Positions 20,172-29,497 of a stretch of 64,000 bases of DNA are shown piece after piece (position 1 is the stretch's first letter; each line of letters starts with the position of its first letter). The stretch comes from Chloroflexota bacterium. Lineage in GTDB: Bacteria > Chloroflexota > Dehalococcoidia > JACQUA01. Both the position numbers and the translations under genes were made by a program. Under the pieces are notes generated by a model. It was not told the DNA's origin, ran no database searches, and saw nothing but the letters and a program-made list of their open reading frames with translations. Where the stretch lies: NCBI GenBank assembly GCA_016210565.1, contig JACQUA010000300.1:264-64263 (forward strand), written 5' to 3'.

Positions 20172-20365
20172 CATCCCGTCCGGCGGCGGACTTCTTCTAC
20201 GGCCTTGGCTACGTCCTCGTTTTCCTTTGGGATACGGTAGTTTCGTCCCAGCCGGGAGGCTATGAGCTTGCCCTCTCTGATATAACGGTATACCGTGTCC
20301 TTATCGAGTTGAAGGTAGTCAGCCACCTGCTCGGGGGTCATTACTTCTTTGGTTGCTACCATCAC
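20171..20365 (-). CDS. excisionase/MerR-type HTH protein, putative antitoxin of the PIN gene
   Basis: 64 aa. TPEQVADYLQLDKDTVYRYIREGKLIASRLGRNYRI matches the excisionase-family HTH pattern. Confidence 0.7.
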   Translation of the reverse strand: MMVATKEVMTPEQVADYLQLDKDTVYRYIREGKLIASRLGRNYRIPKENEDVAKAVEEVRRRTG

Positions 20366-20593
20366 ATTTTCTCCGGCACACTGTGATTATGACGTTTCTT
20401 GTTGCTTCCTGTCTATCCATGTTCATAGACATGTTGCAACTCAGGCACCGGGGAACTCCGTAGGGATGCCCCTTGTCCCGACGCGTCGGGGCGGAAACTC
20501 TGGCTGTCAGCCGGGTACGAAAGGGCAAGCCTTGCCGCCACGGGCTTTTTCCCCACACGCGCAGGCGTAAAGCCTGCGGCTACAACGGGTCGG

Positions 20594-21688
20594 CTAGGCA
20601 CCCGCGCCGATGATCTGCAGTATCCGGTGGGCGGCCGTGCCGTCGCCGAAGGGGTTTGGCCAGGCGGGCTTTTTACCGAGCATCAATTCGGCGCAGTTGA
20701 GTATGTTCTCGCGAGACGCGCCGGCCAGGATGTTGGCGCCCACCTCCACCGTTTCGGGGCGTTCGGTGTTATCGCGCAGGGTGACACAGGGCACGCGGAG
20801 GATGCAGGTCTCTTCCTGGACTCCCCCGGAGTCGGTCAAAACCAGGGCGGCGTTCAGTTCCAGGGCCAGGAAGTCGACATAGCTGGTAGGCTCTATCAGG
20901 GTGAGGCCGCCGGCATCCAGGCCGAGGGCGGAGAGGTTCTTCCGGGAACGGGGGTGGATAGGGTATATGACCGGCATCCGGTATTCCGCCAGAAGGGTTT
21001 TCAGGGCACCGAGGATTCCCGCGAAGCGTTCGGGGACATCGACATTCTCCTGCCGGTGGACGGTGACCAGGAAATAGTTGCCGCGACAAATACCGTGGGC
21101 GGCAAGCACCCGGCGGTTCGCGGCGGCCCGGTCTTTCATCAGGTTCACTGCGTCCACGATGGTGTTGCCGGTAAGGAACACCTTTTCCTCAGGCAGGCCC
21201 TCGCCCCGCAATATCCCGACGGCCTTTTGAGTGGGGGCGAACAGGTAGTCGCAGCAATGGTCGGCGAGGACGCGGTTTATTTCCTCGGGCATGTTCCGGT
21301 CGTAGCTCCTCAGGCCGGCTTCGACATGCCCCGTTTTGATGTGGAGCTTGACCGCGGCCAGGACGGTGGCCAGAACCGAGTTGGTGTCGCCCTCGGCCAG
21401 GACAATGCCCGGTTTTTCCTTTTCCAGGATGCCTTCAACCCCCACCAGGATTTCGGCGGTCTGGCGGGCGTGGGTGCCGGACCCGGCGCCGATATTGAAT
21501 TTCGCCGCCGGTAACTCCAGCTCCTGGAAGAACACCCGGTCCATCTCGTAGGAGTAATGCTGGCCGGTGTGAAGGATGAAGAAATCCGCCCCCCGGCTTT
21601 CCAGGAGCTTGATGATGGGGGCCAGCTTGATGATCTCGGGGCGTGTCCCGAGGGAGACCGCGATCTTCACGTTTTCCTCACCAGACAA
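20594..21688 (-). CDS. wecB: UDP-N-acetylglucosamine 2-epimerase (non-hydrolysing)
   Basis: 364 aa with KIAVSLGTRPEIIKLAPI, HTGQHY, HVEAGLRSYD and DSGGVQEE. Confidence 0.9.
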   Translation of the reverse strand: MSGEENVKIAVSLGTRPEIIKLAPIIKLLESRGADFFILHTGQHYSYEMDRVFFQELELPAAKFNIGAGSGTHARQTAEILVGVEGILEKEKPGIVLAEGDTNSVLATVLAAVKLHIKTGHVEAGLRSYDRNMPEEINRVLADHCCDYLFAPTQKAVGILRGEGLPEEKVFLTGNTIVDAVNLMKDRAAANRRVLAAHGICRGNYFLVTVHRQENVDVPERFAGILGALKTLLAEYRMPVIYPIHPRSRKNLSALGLDAGGLTLIEPTSYVDFLALELNAALVLTDSGGVQEETCILRVPCVTLRDNTERPETVEVGANILAGASRENILNCAELMLGKKPAWPNPFGDGTAAHRILQIIGAGA

Positions 21689-21704
21689 ACCGGACCAACA
21701 GGGC

Positions 21705-21876
21705 TAATGACGAAATTCGAATGACGAATGACCAAGGAATGACGAAGCCCGAATGACGAATGACCAATCGAAGAAATCGGAAGTCCGAATGAAAAATGAC
21801 CCAAAGGGGCATCTGTTTCAAACATTGGAACATTTGAGAATTATTTGGTTATTCGTCATTCGGACTTCGTCATTCC
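21705..21876. mobile_element. MITE-like element with GAATGACGAA-repeat arms
   Basis: The left arm has 4-5 copies of (C)GAATGACGAA(T/G) at 21705-21770. The right arm is TATTCGTCATTCGGACTTCGTCATTCC (21848-21876). Related motifs occur at ~9925, 15857, 54255 and 56228. Confidence 0.55.
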
Positions 21877-22659
21877 AGTGCCCCTTCGGGGGGACCTGAC
21901 CAGCTTGCCCAAGAGCAGTTTCACTGTCCTGAGACCGTCTTTCAGGACGGAAAGGCGGGACATCCGGGCGTCCCAGGTGCAACTGATGGGGGCTTCCGTG
22001 ATGGCCAGCCGGTTGCGCGCCGCTTCCAGGATCATTTCCGTCTCGATCTCGTAGCCGTTGGAAACCAGGTCGAGCTGCTGCCATTTGTCGCGGCGGACCG
22101 CCCGGAAACCGCTGGTGCAATCCGTGATGGCCGTCCACCGCAGCGGAATCCTGAAGCCGGTGCGCAGGGGTAGAAGGAAGGAGATGATGAACGAAATTGT
22201 AAAGGAAGCGAAGCTGTTGGACCATTTCCGGGCCGCCGGCACGATGGTTACGTCCGATTCGGGCAGCGTCCGGGACCCGATAACCAGGTCCGCCTGGCCG
22301 TGGAGAACAGGGTTCAAGACCCGGGGCAGGTCTTTGGCCTTGTGCTGACCGTCGCCATCCATAAAGACGATGATTTCCCCCCGCGCCTTTTCCGCCCCGG
22401 TCTTCATCGCCGCCCCCTTGCCGAGGTTCACGCGGTGCGAAACAACGGTGGCGCCCAGGCTTTCTCCGATTTTGCTGGTCCCGTCCTGAGAGCCGTCGTC
22501 GACCAGGATGATCTCGTAGGGCAGACCTGAAAGGGTCTGTTTGAGTTGAGAGATGATCCCGCCTACGGCCAGGGCCTCGTCGCGGGCCGGGATAACCACG
22601 CTGACTTTCGGCGACTGGCTGTTGCCGGCGGACTCCTTGTGACCGGAGTTATTGACCAT
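21856..22659 (-). CDS. glycosyltransferase family 2 (polyprenyl-phosphate glycosyltransferase-like)
   Basis: VSVVIPARDE...ILVDDGSQDGT...VFMDGDGQH, with a C-terminal TM region. I prefer the start MVNNSG at 22659 because the longer track ORF reads through hairpin repeats. Confidence 0.8.
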   Translation of the reverse strand: MVNNSGHKESAGNSQSPKVSVVIPARDEALAVGGIISQLKQTLSGLPYEIILVDDGSQDGTSKIGESLGATVVSHRVNLGKGAAMKTGAEKARGEIIVFMDGDGQHKAKDLPRVLNPVLHGQADLVIGSRTLPESDVTIVPAARKWSNSFASFTISFIISFLLPLRTGFRIPLRWTAITDCTSGFRAVRRDKWQQLDLVSNGYEIETEMILEAARNRLAITEAPISCTWDARMSRLSVLKDGLRTVKLLLGKLVRSPRRGTGMTKSE

Positions 22660-22670
22660 GGATGACCGCC

Positions 22671-22719
22671 GGACAGGCTGGAAAGCCCATCTGGAGACAG
22701 GCTGGAAAGCCTGTCTTAC
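22671..22719 (-). repeat. REP-like hairpins, GACAGGC stem with a TGGAAA loop variant
   Basis: The sequences are GGACAGGCTGGAAAGCCC and GAGACAGGCTGGAAAGCCTGTCTTAC. A related copy, GGTAGGACAGGCTTTCCAGCCTGTCC, lies at 36364-36389. Confidence 0.75.
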
Positions 22720-22775
22720 TGAGTGGTTGAACAAGATGGTGAAACATCGCCCCCATTATAATGGAACGGAGCGTT

Positions 22776-23360
22776 CTAGGATAGTCTCCCGTGCTTCAGG
22801 AAGCCGGCGATCCCGTGTTTTTTCACGATGCGCCGGAGCACAATCGCAATCACCATCGCCCCCAGGATCTCAGGCACGTAGACGCGGGGGCTGGGCATAC
22901 TGACGTTCAGGATGTAATCCAGCCATGCTTCAGGGTTGCCGTGGGGAAACCGGAAACCGAACAGCGGCCAGAGGACAACGGTGGACTGCTCCCACATCCG
23001 GTCAAACACGAGGTGGACGAAGGATCCGAAGGCGAGCCACAGAATGGCTGATGAGCCGTGTTTGCGATGGGCGGCAAGCCCGGCGATGGTCACCAGGAGG
23101 GCGAACAACAGCGTATGGCCGATGGTCCGGCCGTTGCCGAGCCACGAGGGAATGACCATGCCGAGGGGCTTATCAATGAGGTCGGGAAGGAGGGAGCCGA
23201 CCAGCACTACCCGGTAGTCGACCGCCCGGACCATGTCGCCGCCGTCCGCCCTTGCTTCCGGGTTACCTCCCGGCTCGTTTGACCGGGCCGGGTGGGCAAG
23301 GCGGTTGTGCAGCAACAGGGCAAGGCCTGTGGTCAGTCCGGTATGGCCGAAAAGTAACAT
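22776..23360 (-). CDS. membrane-bound metal-dependent hydrolase (DUF457/YdjM-like)
   Basis: 194 aa with MLLFGHTGLTTG, LLPDLIDKPLG and several TM helices. Confidence 0.65.
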   Translation of the reverse strand: MLLFGHTGLTTGLALLLHNRLAHPARSNEPGGNPEARADGGDMVRAVDYRVVLVGSLLPDLIDKPLGMVIPSWLGNGRTIGHTLLFALLVTIAGLAAHRKHGSSAILWLAFGSFVHLVFDRMWEQSTVVLWPLFGFRFPHGNPEAWLDYILNVSMPSPRVYVPEILGAMVIAIVLRRIVKKHGIAGFLKHGRLS

Positions 23361-24237
23361 CGGCTACGTTAGCCCATCCGAGGCATGAGCCATGTGGCTG
23401 CTTTGCCTTGCCCCGCCCGCACCCCGGAGGGCGGGTCCGGCGTATCTGCGAATGAACATGATCTTGCTTTCTGCAGGGGATGGGGAAAAGCATATCACAA
23501 CCGAGCTGCCCGTATCAATTTGATGGTCGTTAACATTGTCATTGTGAACCCCGATTTCGTCATCCTGATGGCAATCGTCCCGATGGAATCGGGACTCGCA
23601 AAGACAGTTCGTTTTCATCTTTGATGGTACGGCCTCGTCGGGATGGGTGATTGCCTTGCATGCCGCCCCGGAAAGATATACACTGTATGGAGTTATGGGC
23701 GCAAGCGCAATGGCACTGGGTGCTTGACCCGCGTCATTGAAAACCTCTTGCCCGCGGCCTAGACTCAAAAAGCCAGTCCCTCCACTCGGAAAAGACGCAA
23801 ACCAACGTAGGGGAGCGAACGCAGGGCCACCGGGCCTGTGGGAGCCTGGCGTGCCCTGGGGTGAAAGTGTCCCTTTTTTCGTTGTCGCGAGAATAAGGCA
23901 TCGGGCTGTCACCCTGAGCCGGAGCCCGAAGCGGAGCGAAGGGGCAGGCGAAGGGTCTTCACGCCCTCGAGGCAAGACGGGGCAAATGGTTCTTCGACTG
24001 TCCCGATTCTGTCCCGACTCGTCGGGATGCGTCGGGACGCTCGCCGCAAGAATGACAGGCGGCGTAGCTGTTTTCATACTTCATGGTGCGTTACCCCGCT
24101 GTGCGAGAGTCCGCTCGGTTCCGACCCCGATGCATCGGGGCATCGGGGCGACAGGTCGGGACAAGGCGGACCGGCGCATGGAGGAATTTTCTGCAAATCG
24201 CCAGGGTAATCGGGCTAACCGGGGAAGCAAACTGAGC

Positions 24238-25737
24238 ATGATTCCTTTCAAGGGGTTTGTCAGCAGGTCGATGGGCGGGCCGGTCATGACTGAGCAGGAG
24301 TTCGATCTTAAGCTGAGCCGGCGACTCAGGAGTCTCACTGCCGACTACGGCGTCCATTTCCAGCCGGCAGAGATAATCTGCGATGACGCCACTGCCGATG
24401 CAATCTTTCAGGCGGCCATGGAGTTGATTGGTGAGGTGGGGATTTATAACGTGGACACCAATCGGGTGATCCTTCTAACCAGTCAGGAACTGGAGGAGAC
24501 TTGCCGGCAGACGCCGAGGCACTTCGTCCGGGGAGCCGGCAGGGACGCGGTGACGGTCGCCGCCAGGAGTCATAACAGCCGGCTGGTCCCGTATGTCTTC
24601 CGATGGCCGTTGTGGCACCCCCGGTCGCTGACCAGTGAGGCGTTCTTGGCCGAGATGATGGAAGCTCACCTGCCGGAGAAGACGGAACTTGGTGACCTTG
24701 CCAGGGAATTGAAGCCCCGGCTCGAGGGGGTGGAGAACAAGGCGGGAACGGTTGGCGATACGATGTGGGCGATAGCCGTGGCCAGATGGTGCTTGACGGT
24801 GGCCAGGATGGTCGGGCGACCGGACATGTTCCTGGGAGCCGTCAGCGCCATCACTGCGCCGGCGATTCTGGCTTGCTTCGCCGGGGATAACCTCTATAAG
24901 AAGCACCACTCCTCTTTTTCAGTGACCACCATGCCCGAGCTCAAGATCAACTGGGAACATCTGCAACTGGCATTCATTGCCCGCGAAATGGGAGTGGCTA
25001 GACGCATCGGGGGAGTTACCGTGCTTGGGGGTTACGCCCGGAACGCGGAGGAGACTGCTATCCTTTCCGCCGCTACATTGCTAGCGCAGTTGAGCTATTC
25101 CGCCGGCGATTGGGCGCACGTAGCTCCGGTGGACCGGGAGGGGCAACGCAGCGGTCGCGCTACTATGCAGGCTCAAAGCGGCGCTTGCCGGGCGGCGGAG
25201 AGAAACATCGAGATTGCCACCACCATGCTTCAGCACACTGCTAATGGTCTCGGCAGCGCCTTCAGCCTTTACGAGAAGGCGGCGCTGGTCACAGAGCAGA
25301 CCTGCAGCGGGACCAGCTCCTTCTGGAAATTTCCCTGTCACCCCGGACGTGACGGGGAGCCAAAGACCGACCTGGACTGCGAATTCGTGGCGAGAGTGGC
25401 CCGGGCAGTAAGCGGCATGGAAAGGGAGCACGCTAACGAACTGGTGAATAAGATACTGGCGCTCTATGAGGGAAGTCTGGACCGCCCGGTTAAGGGTAAA
25501 CCTTATTCGTACTATTATGATTTGAGGACGCTTGCTCCGTTGCGGGAGCTGGTCGATATGCACCGGAAGGCTGAGGAGGACCTGGCGCGTCTTGGAGTGC
25601 CATTACCGCGGACGGCGTGTAGGGATACCCCTTGTGGGGGTCGAAACACTGGCGGTCAACCGGGCACGACAGGGGCAAGCCCTGTGGCTACGGGACAAGA
25701 GGCCCGCGCTGCGGTAAACGACAAGGAGGAACAGTGA
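24238..25737 (+). CDS. MtmB-superfamily protein (monomethylamine methyltransferase homolog) without in-frame UAG
   Basis: The start MIPFKGF parallels the MtmB start MTFRKSF. Blocks match my memory of Methanosarcina MtmB: GIYNVDTNRV, FVRGAGRDAVTV, VGRPDMFLGAVS and a C-terminal LALYE...DLARLGV. The track ORF starts at 23737 only because the upstream repeats lack stops. Confidence 0.55.
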   Translation: MIPFKGFVSRSMGGPVMTEQEFDLKLSRRLRSLTADYGVHFQPAEIICDDATADAIFQAAMELIGEVGIYNVDTNRVILLTSQELEETCRQTPRHFVRGAGRDAVTVAARSHNSRLVPYVFRWPLWHPRSLTSEAFLAEMMEAHLPEKTELGDLARELKPRLEGVENKAGTVGDTMWAIAVARWCLTVARMVGRPDMFLGAVSAITAPAILACFAGDNLYKKHHSSFSVTTMPELKINWEHLQLAFIAREMGVARRIGGVTVLGGYARNAEETAILSAATLLAQLSYSAGDWAHVAPVDREGQRSGRATMQAQSGACRAAERNIEIATTMLQHTANGLGSAFSLYEKAALVTEQTCSGTSSFWKFPCHPGRDGEPKTDLDCEFVARVARAVSGMEREHANELVNKILALYEGSLDRPVKGKPYSYYYDLRTLAPLRELVDMHRKAEEDLARLGVPLPRTACRDTPCGGRNTGGQPGTTGASPVATGQEARAAVNDKEEQ

Positions 25738-26879
25738 CTTACCCGGCAGGTTCAAACGACATTGTGACAATCCACATGGTGGGCGGCGTCAGCCCCCGGC
25801 GCGTCGAGTATGGCGAAGCGCCTGAGTCGATCTTTGCAATGACACATGAAAGAATCAAAGAGGCGGACATTCGTTTTTGCCACCTCGAGCGCAACCTTTC
25901 GACCAGGGGCTGCCTGCAGTACCGGGACCACATCACGTGGTTCGGGCGGCACCACCCGGACAATGTCAAGGCACTGGTTTTTGCCGGCTTCGATATTGTC
26001 TCCCATGCCAGCAACAACTGCTTTGACTATGGTCCCGAGGCGTTGCTGGAAACCATCGATGTCCTGCATGCCAACAACATGCAGGTTATAGGCGCCGGGA
26101 AAGATATTGCCGAAGCCCGGAGACCGGCGATCATCGCCGGGAACGGCATCAAGGTGGGGTTTCTGGCTTATTGTTCGGTGATGGGCGTCGAGTATGAGGC
26201 CAGGGAAGGCAAGCCCGGTTGCGCTCCCATCCGCGTTTCAACTTACTACGAGGTGCAGGACCCTCAGCCGGGAAACCCGCCAAGGATCATCACTGTCCCG
26301 CGGGAAGATGACGTCCGGGCCATGGAAGAAGATATTCACCGGCTGCGGAATCAAGTAGATGTGGTAGTTGTCTCCCAGCACTGGGGGACGCATCAGTCAG
26401 GGGTGCTGGCCATGTATCAACCCGCCGTCGGGCACAGGGCGATTGACGCCGGGGCAGACCTCGTTGTCGGCCACCACCCGGGCGTGCTCAAAGGCATAGA
26501 GATGTATAATGGAAGGGTCATCTTTTACAGCATCGGAAATTTTGCCCTCGAAACGCCTCTCAATGAGAAAGCGCCCCCGGGGGTATTTGCCGAGAGGACT
26601 TCGGCGACACATATCAAATGGCCGACTGAACCGGGATGGGCGCGAAACCCGGGACCGAAGAACAAGCGGTACACGATGCTGGCCAGAGTGGTCGCGGGCA
26701 AGAGCGGAGTCCGGAACGTGTCATTCCTGCCTTGCTATACCAATCAGCGCGCGGAGCCTGAAATCCTGTCCCGCAAGGACCAGAGGTTCCAGGAGGTCCT
26801 GCAATACATCGAACCGCAGTGCAAGGAGCTGGGCACCAACCTTACGGTGAAAGGAGACGAGGTAATCGTTTATAATTAG
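25734..26879 (+). CDS. CapA/PGA_cap-family metallophosphatase-fold protein
   Basis: The GTG start is preceded by AAGGAGGA (25723-25730) and overlaps the MtmB-like stop as GTGA. Motifs: FCHLERNL, SHASNNCFDYG, VIGAGKDIAEA, SQHWG and GADLVVGHHPGV..YSIGNF. Confidence 0.8.
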   Translation: MTYPAGSNDIVTIHMVGGVSPRRVEYGEAPESIFAMTHERIKEADIRFCHLERNLSTRGCLQYRDHITWFGRHHPDNVKALVFAGFDIVSHASNNCFDYGPEALLETIDVLHANNMQVIGAGKDIAEARRPAIIAGNGIKVGFLAYCSVMGVEYEAREGKPGCAPIRVSTYYEVQDPQPGNPPRIITVPREDDVRAMEEDIHRLRNQVDVVVVSQHWGTHQSGVLAMYQPAVGHRAIDAGADLVVGHHPGVLKGIEMYNGRVIFYSIGNFALETPLNEKAPPGVFAERTSATHIKWPTEPGWARNPGPKNKRYTMLARVVAGKSGVRNVSFLPCYTNQRAEPEILSRKDQRFQEVLQYIEPQCKELGTNLTVKGDEVIVYN

Positions 26880-27094
26880 TGCAAACGTCGAGCAGGAACC
26901 ACGTCGTTCCTGCTGAGCGGAGACGAGCGTATGCGTAGTACTAGAATCACCACCGCAGCGGCACAGCGTGCCGGGGGGGGCGGCCGGCCAACCAACCAAG
27001 CCGGCGCAACGTTTCCGCCCGTGTCAGAATATCCGGCTCACAGTCACGGCGGCCTGTGGTACATTGAAGAACGAGTTCTCAGGAGGTAACCCCA

Positions 27095-28465
27095 ATGGAT
27101 GCATCATTCGCCTTTGCCCGCAATATCGCGAATATTAGATTCGAAGATATTCCGGCTGAGGTAGTGGCCGTCGTCAAAAACGATGTTCTGGACACACTGG
27201 GCACCGCTCTGGCCGGAACCACGCTGGGCACCGGCTGCCGTGAGGTGGTCGAGCTGGTCAAAGAAGGGGGAGGGAAGCCCGACAGCACCATAATAGGATT
27301 TGGCGGTAAGGTCCCCGCGTGGATGGCGGCCCTGGCCAATAGCACCCTGGCCTACGCGCTCGATTTTGACGAGTGTCATATGACGGGACAAATACATTCG
27401 GGCGCCACCAACGTCCCGGCTGCCTTTGCCGTTGCCGAACGGCTGGGGAAAGTTGACGGCAAGAGGTTCCTGACGGCCCTGACGGTGGGCATCGACCTTG
27501 GCGGCAGAATGTCGGTTGCTTCGTACCCCAGGGCCAGGGGGTGGCACCCCACCACGGTTTACGGGTTTTTTGCCACAGCGGCCACCGCCAGCAAGCTGCT
27601 GGGACTGAGCGAACTGAAGGTGCAACATGCCCTGGGCATCGCCTATTCACAGGCGTCGGGGCATGAGCAGGGCCATGGCGAGGGGTCGGACACCAAGAAG
27701 GTCCAGGCCGGCTTTGCTTCCAAGGGGGGTGTCCTGTCCGCGCTGCTCGCCGAAAGAGGCATCACCGGCGCCATCAACAGTTTCGAAGGAGAGTTCGGAC
27801 TGTACAAGGTGTATCACGCCGGGAGGACGTACGACTCCGCGGGCCTGACCGCCGACCTTGGAAGAAGGTTCGAGGTGAGCAATCTTAGTTTCAAGCCTTA
27901 CCCCTCCGGCCGCGGCACCCATGCTTCCATCGATGCCACGCTGGAGATAGTGCGGGAACACAATCTCCGGCCTCAGGACATCGAGAAGATCACCGTGTTC
28001 AAGAGTGCGATAGCGGTGAAGGTCGAGGGAGGGGAGCGAAAGCGGCGTCCGGTGAATGCCCTGGACGCGCAGCTTAACGTACCGTACACCGTGGCGACGG
28101 CCGCGGTCAAGAGGCGGGTCGGCCTGACGGATTTCACCCCCGAGGGCATCAAAGACCCCGCGGTACTGGAGATGGCTCAAAAGGTATTCGTGGAGGAGTT
28201 CCCGGAGTTCGGCCCCAACAACTTCCATCCGGGGATAACGGAAATACGGACGAAGGACGGGAAGATGTACACGAAGCGGGTGAACGAGCCCTTCGGCAAT
28301 CCCGAGAACCCGATGCCCAAAGAGCAACTCGTCGGGAAGTTCATGGAGTGTGCTTCCCACTCGGTCAAGCCATTGTCGAAGGCAACGCTCGACCGGGTGG
28401 TAGAGATGGCCATGAACCTGGAACAGGTTGACGATGCCGGCGCCATCATCCGGCTGCTCGCCTGA
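27095..28465 (+). CDS. MmgE/PrpD-family protein
   Basis: 456 aa. The N-terminus FARNIANIRFEDIPAEVVAVVKNDVLDTLGTALAG is typical of the family. AGGAGG lies upstream of the ATG. Confidence 0.85.
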   Translation: MDASFAFARNIANIRFEDIPAEVVAVVKNDVLDTLGTALAGTTLGTGCREVVELVKEGGGKPDSTIIGFGGKVPAWMAALANSTLAYALDFDECHMTGQIHSGATNVPAAFAVAERLGKVDGKRFLTALTVGIDLGGRMSVASYPRARGWHPTTVYGFFATAATASKLLGLSELKVQHALGIAYSQASGHEQGHGEGSDTKKVQAGFASKGGVLSALLAERGITGAINSFEGEFGLYKVYHAGRTYDSAGLTADLGRRFEVSNLSFKPYPSGRGTHASIDATLEIVREHNLRPQDIEKITVFKSAIAVKVEGGERKRRPVNALDAQLNVPYTVATAAVKRRVGLTDFTPEGIKDPAVLEMAQKVFVEEFPEFGPNNFHPGITEIRTKDGKMYTKRVNEPFGNPENPMPKEQLVGKFMECASHSVKPLSKATLDRVVEMAMNLEQVDDAGAIIRLLA

Positions 28466-28487
28466 CGCACGACGAGCGGGTCGCGCC

Positions 28488-29023
28488 AGATCATTGTCGG
28501 CAACCCTGTCCTGACCATGAAGCTGTTCAGCCAGATCTCCGTGGTCATGGGTCCGGATTGGTGGAGGAAATTGGTGGCGAACAGCCCGGTAATGGTTGAT
28601 GATGACAGGCTGGGCAACGAGTGGCTGGCCCACGGGAAATACCCCATCGCCATACTCTCCAGACAAAACATCCAGATGGAGTTCATGAAGGCCGGGGCGC
28701 CTGTCGAAATGGTGAGGACCAAAGAGGCAGCCTTCCTGGATGGCGGGCAGATCGCCACGTCCCTGATCGACCGCGCGCCGCATCCCAACGCCGCCAGGGT
28801 TTTTGTAAACTGGTACATGAGTAAAGAGGGAAGCTATCTCCAGAGCACCGTCATCGGCGCCCAGTCCGCCAGGCTTGACGTGCCCCTCGGCCACATAGCT
28901 CCCGAACTAAGGCGGGATGCGTCGGTCAAATACCTGAGCACCAGGACGGAGGACTTCAACCTGCGCATGCTGAAAGAGACACTGCTGGCGCAGGAAGTAT
29001 TCGCCCCGGTGCTGCGAAAATAG
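28488..29023 (+). pseudogene. 5'-truncated copy of the solute-binding protein gene (3' ~178 codons)
   Basis: IVGNPVLTMKLFSQISVVMGPDWWRKLVAN...FAPVLRK aligns with residues ~205-382 of the 29498-30646 product. Homology begins immediately after the PrpD stop, and no N-terminal half is present. Confidence 0.8.
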
Positions 29024-29053
29024 GTGGCACAGGCGGGGACGCCTGTGCCACCG

Positions 29054-29344
29054 GGCAACGTGTCGCTCAGGCGGACCGAGTATGGCGAGCCTCCTGAGTC
29101 TCCTTCCGGCACGGTCCACCGTAGGATCAAGTAGCGGACCAATCTTTCCGCGGGGGTGGACATGGTGTTCTCGGCGTCCGGTGAACGCCCTTGACGCCCA
29201 ACTTAACATATCCTATACTGTGGCTACGGCCGCAATGAAAAGGCGGGCCGGCTTGATCCATTGACCCTGAACAGCGTCGTCGAGATGGTCATGAACCTGG
29301 AAGAACTGGATGATGTGGGCGGTATCATCCGGGTGGTCGCTTGA
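29054..29344 (+). pseudogene. decayed CapA and MmgE/PrpD fragments
   Basis: GNVSLRRTEYGEPPES..VHRRIK matches the CapA N-terminus. RRPVNALDAQLNISYTVATAAMKRRAGL and VVEMVMNLEELDDVGGIIRVVA match PrpD internal and C-terminal parts. Stops and large deletions lie between them. Confidence 0.75.
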
Positions 29345-29497
29345 CGACGGTAGCGGCAAAGGAACGGTTTGAATATTGCTTGACGCGGTCCCTGCACGCC
29401 GGGAAAGGAGGCGCCACATGGAGGCATGACCGAAATAGATGATGCCGCAATCCCATTTGTTGAACAGTAATCATGTCTCCATTTTCAGGAGGGATAC

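Noticed and set aside
23364-24237. A 237-aa minus-strand ORF and the 167-aa N-terminal extension of the 666-aa plus-strand ORF.
   Set aside because: The region consists of dispersed repeat elements: GTCACCCTGAGC..., TCCCGAC/GTCGGGA hairpins and CCCGATG..CATCGGGG. The MtmB-like homology begins at MIPFKGF (24238).
23900-24237. A possible cobalamin or other riboswitch upstream of the MtmB-like gene.
   Set aside because: I could not find a B12-box-like GCCACTG core in the leader. The region is explained by dispersed repeats. Only a covariance-model scan could settle this.
24238-25737. The idea that abundant TAG codons plus an MtmB homolog indicate pyrrolysine decoding.
   Set aside because: The MtmB-like ORF has no in-frame TAG, and the Pyl position appears to be Gly. 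No pylT or pylSBCD genes are in the window. TAGs coincide with expected protein C-termini and are followed by hairpins and out-of-frame stops.
27647-28894. 415-aa minus-strand ORF, plus similar long antisense ORFs at 33270-34268, 37738-39162, 48243-49397 and 49943-51127.
   Set aside because: Each lies opposite a gene with strong family motifs: PrpD, galE, the histidine kinase and the SBPs. All have Arg/Gly/Pro-rich antisense-type composition.
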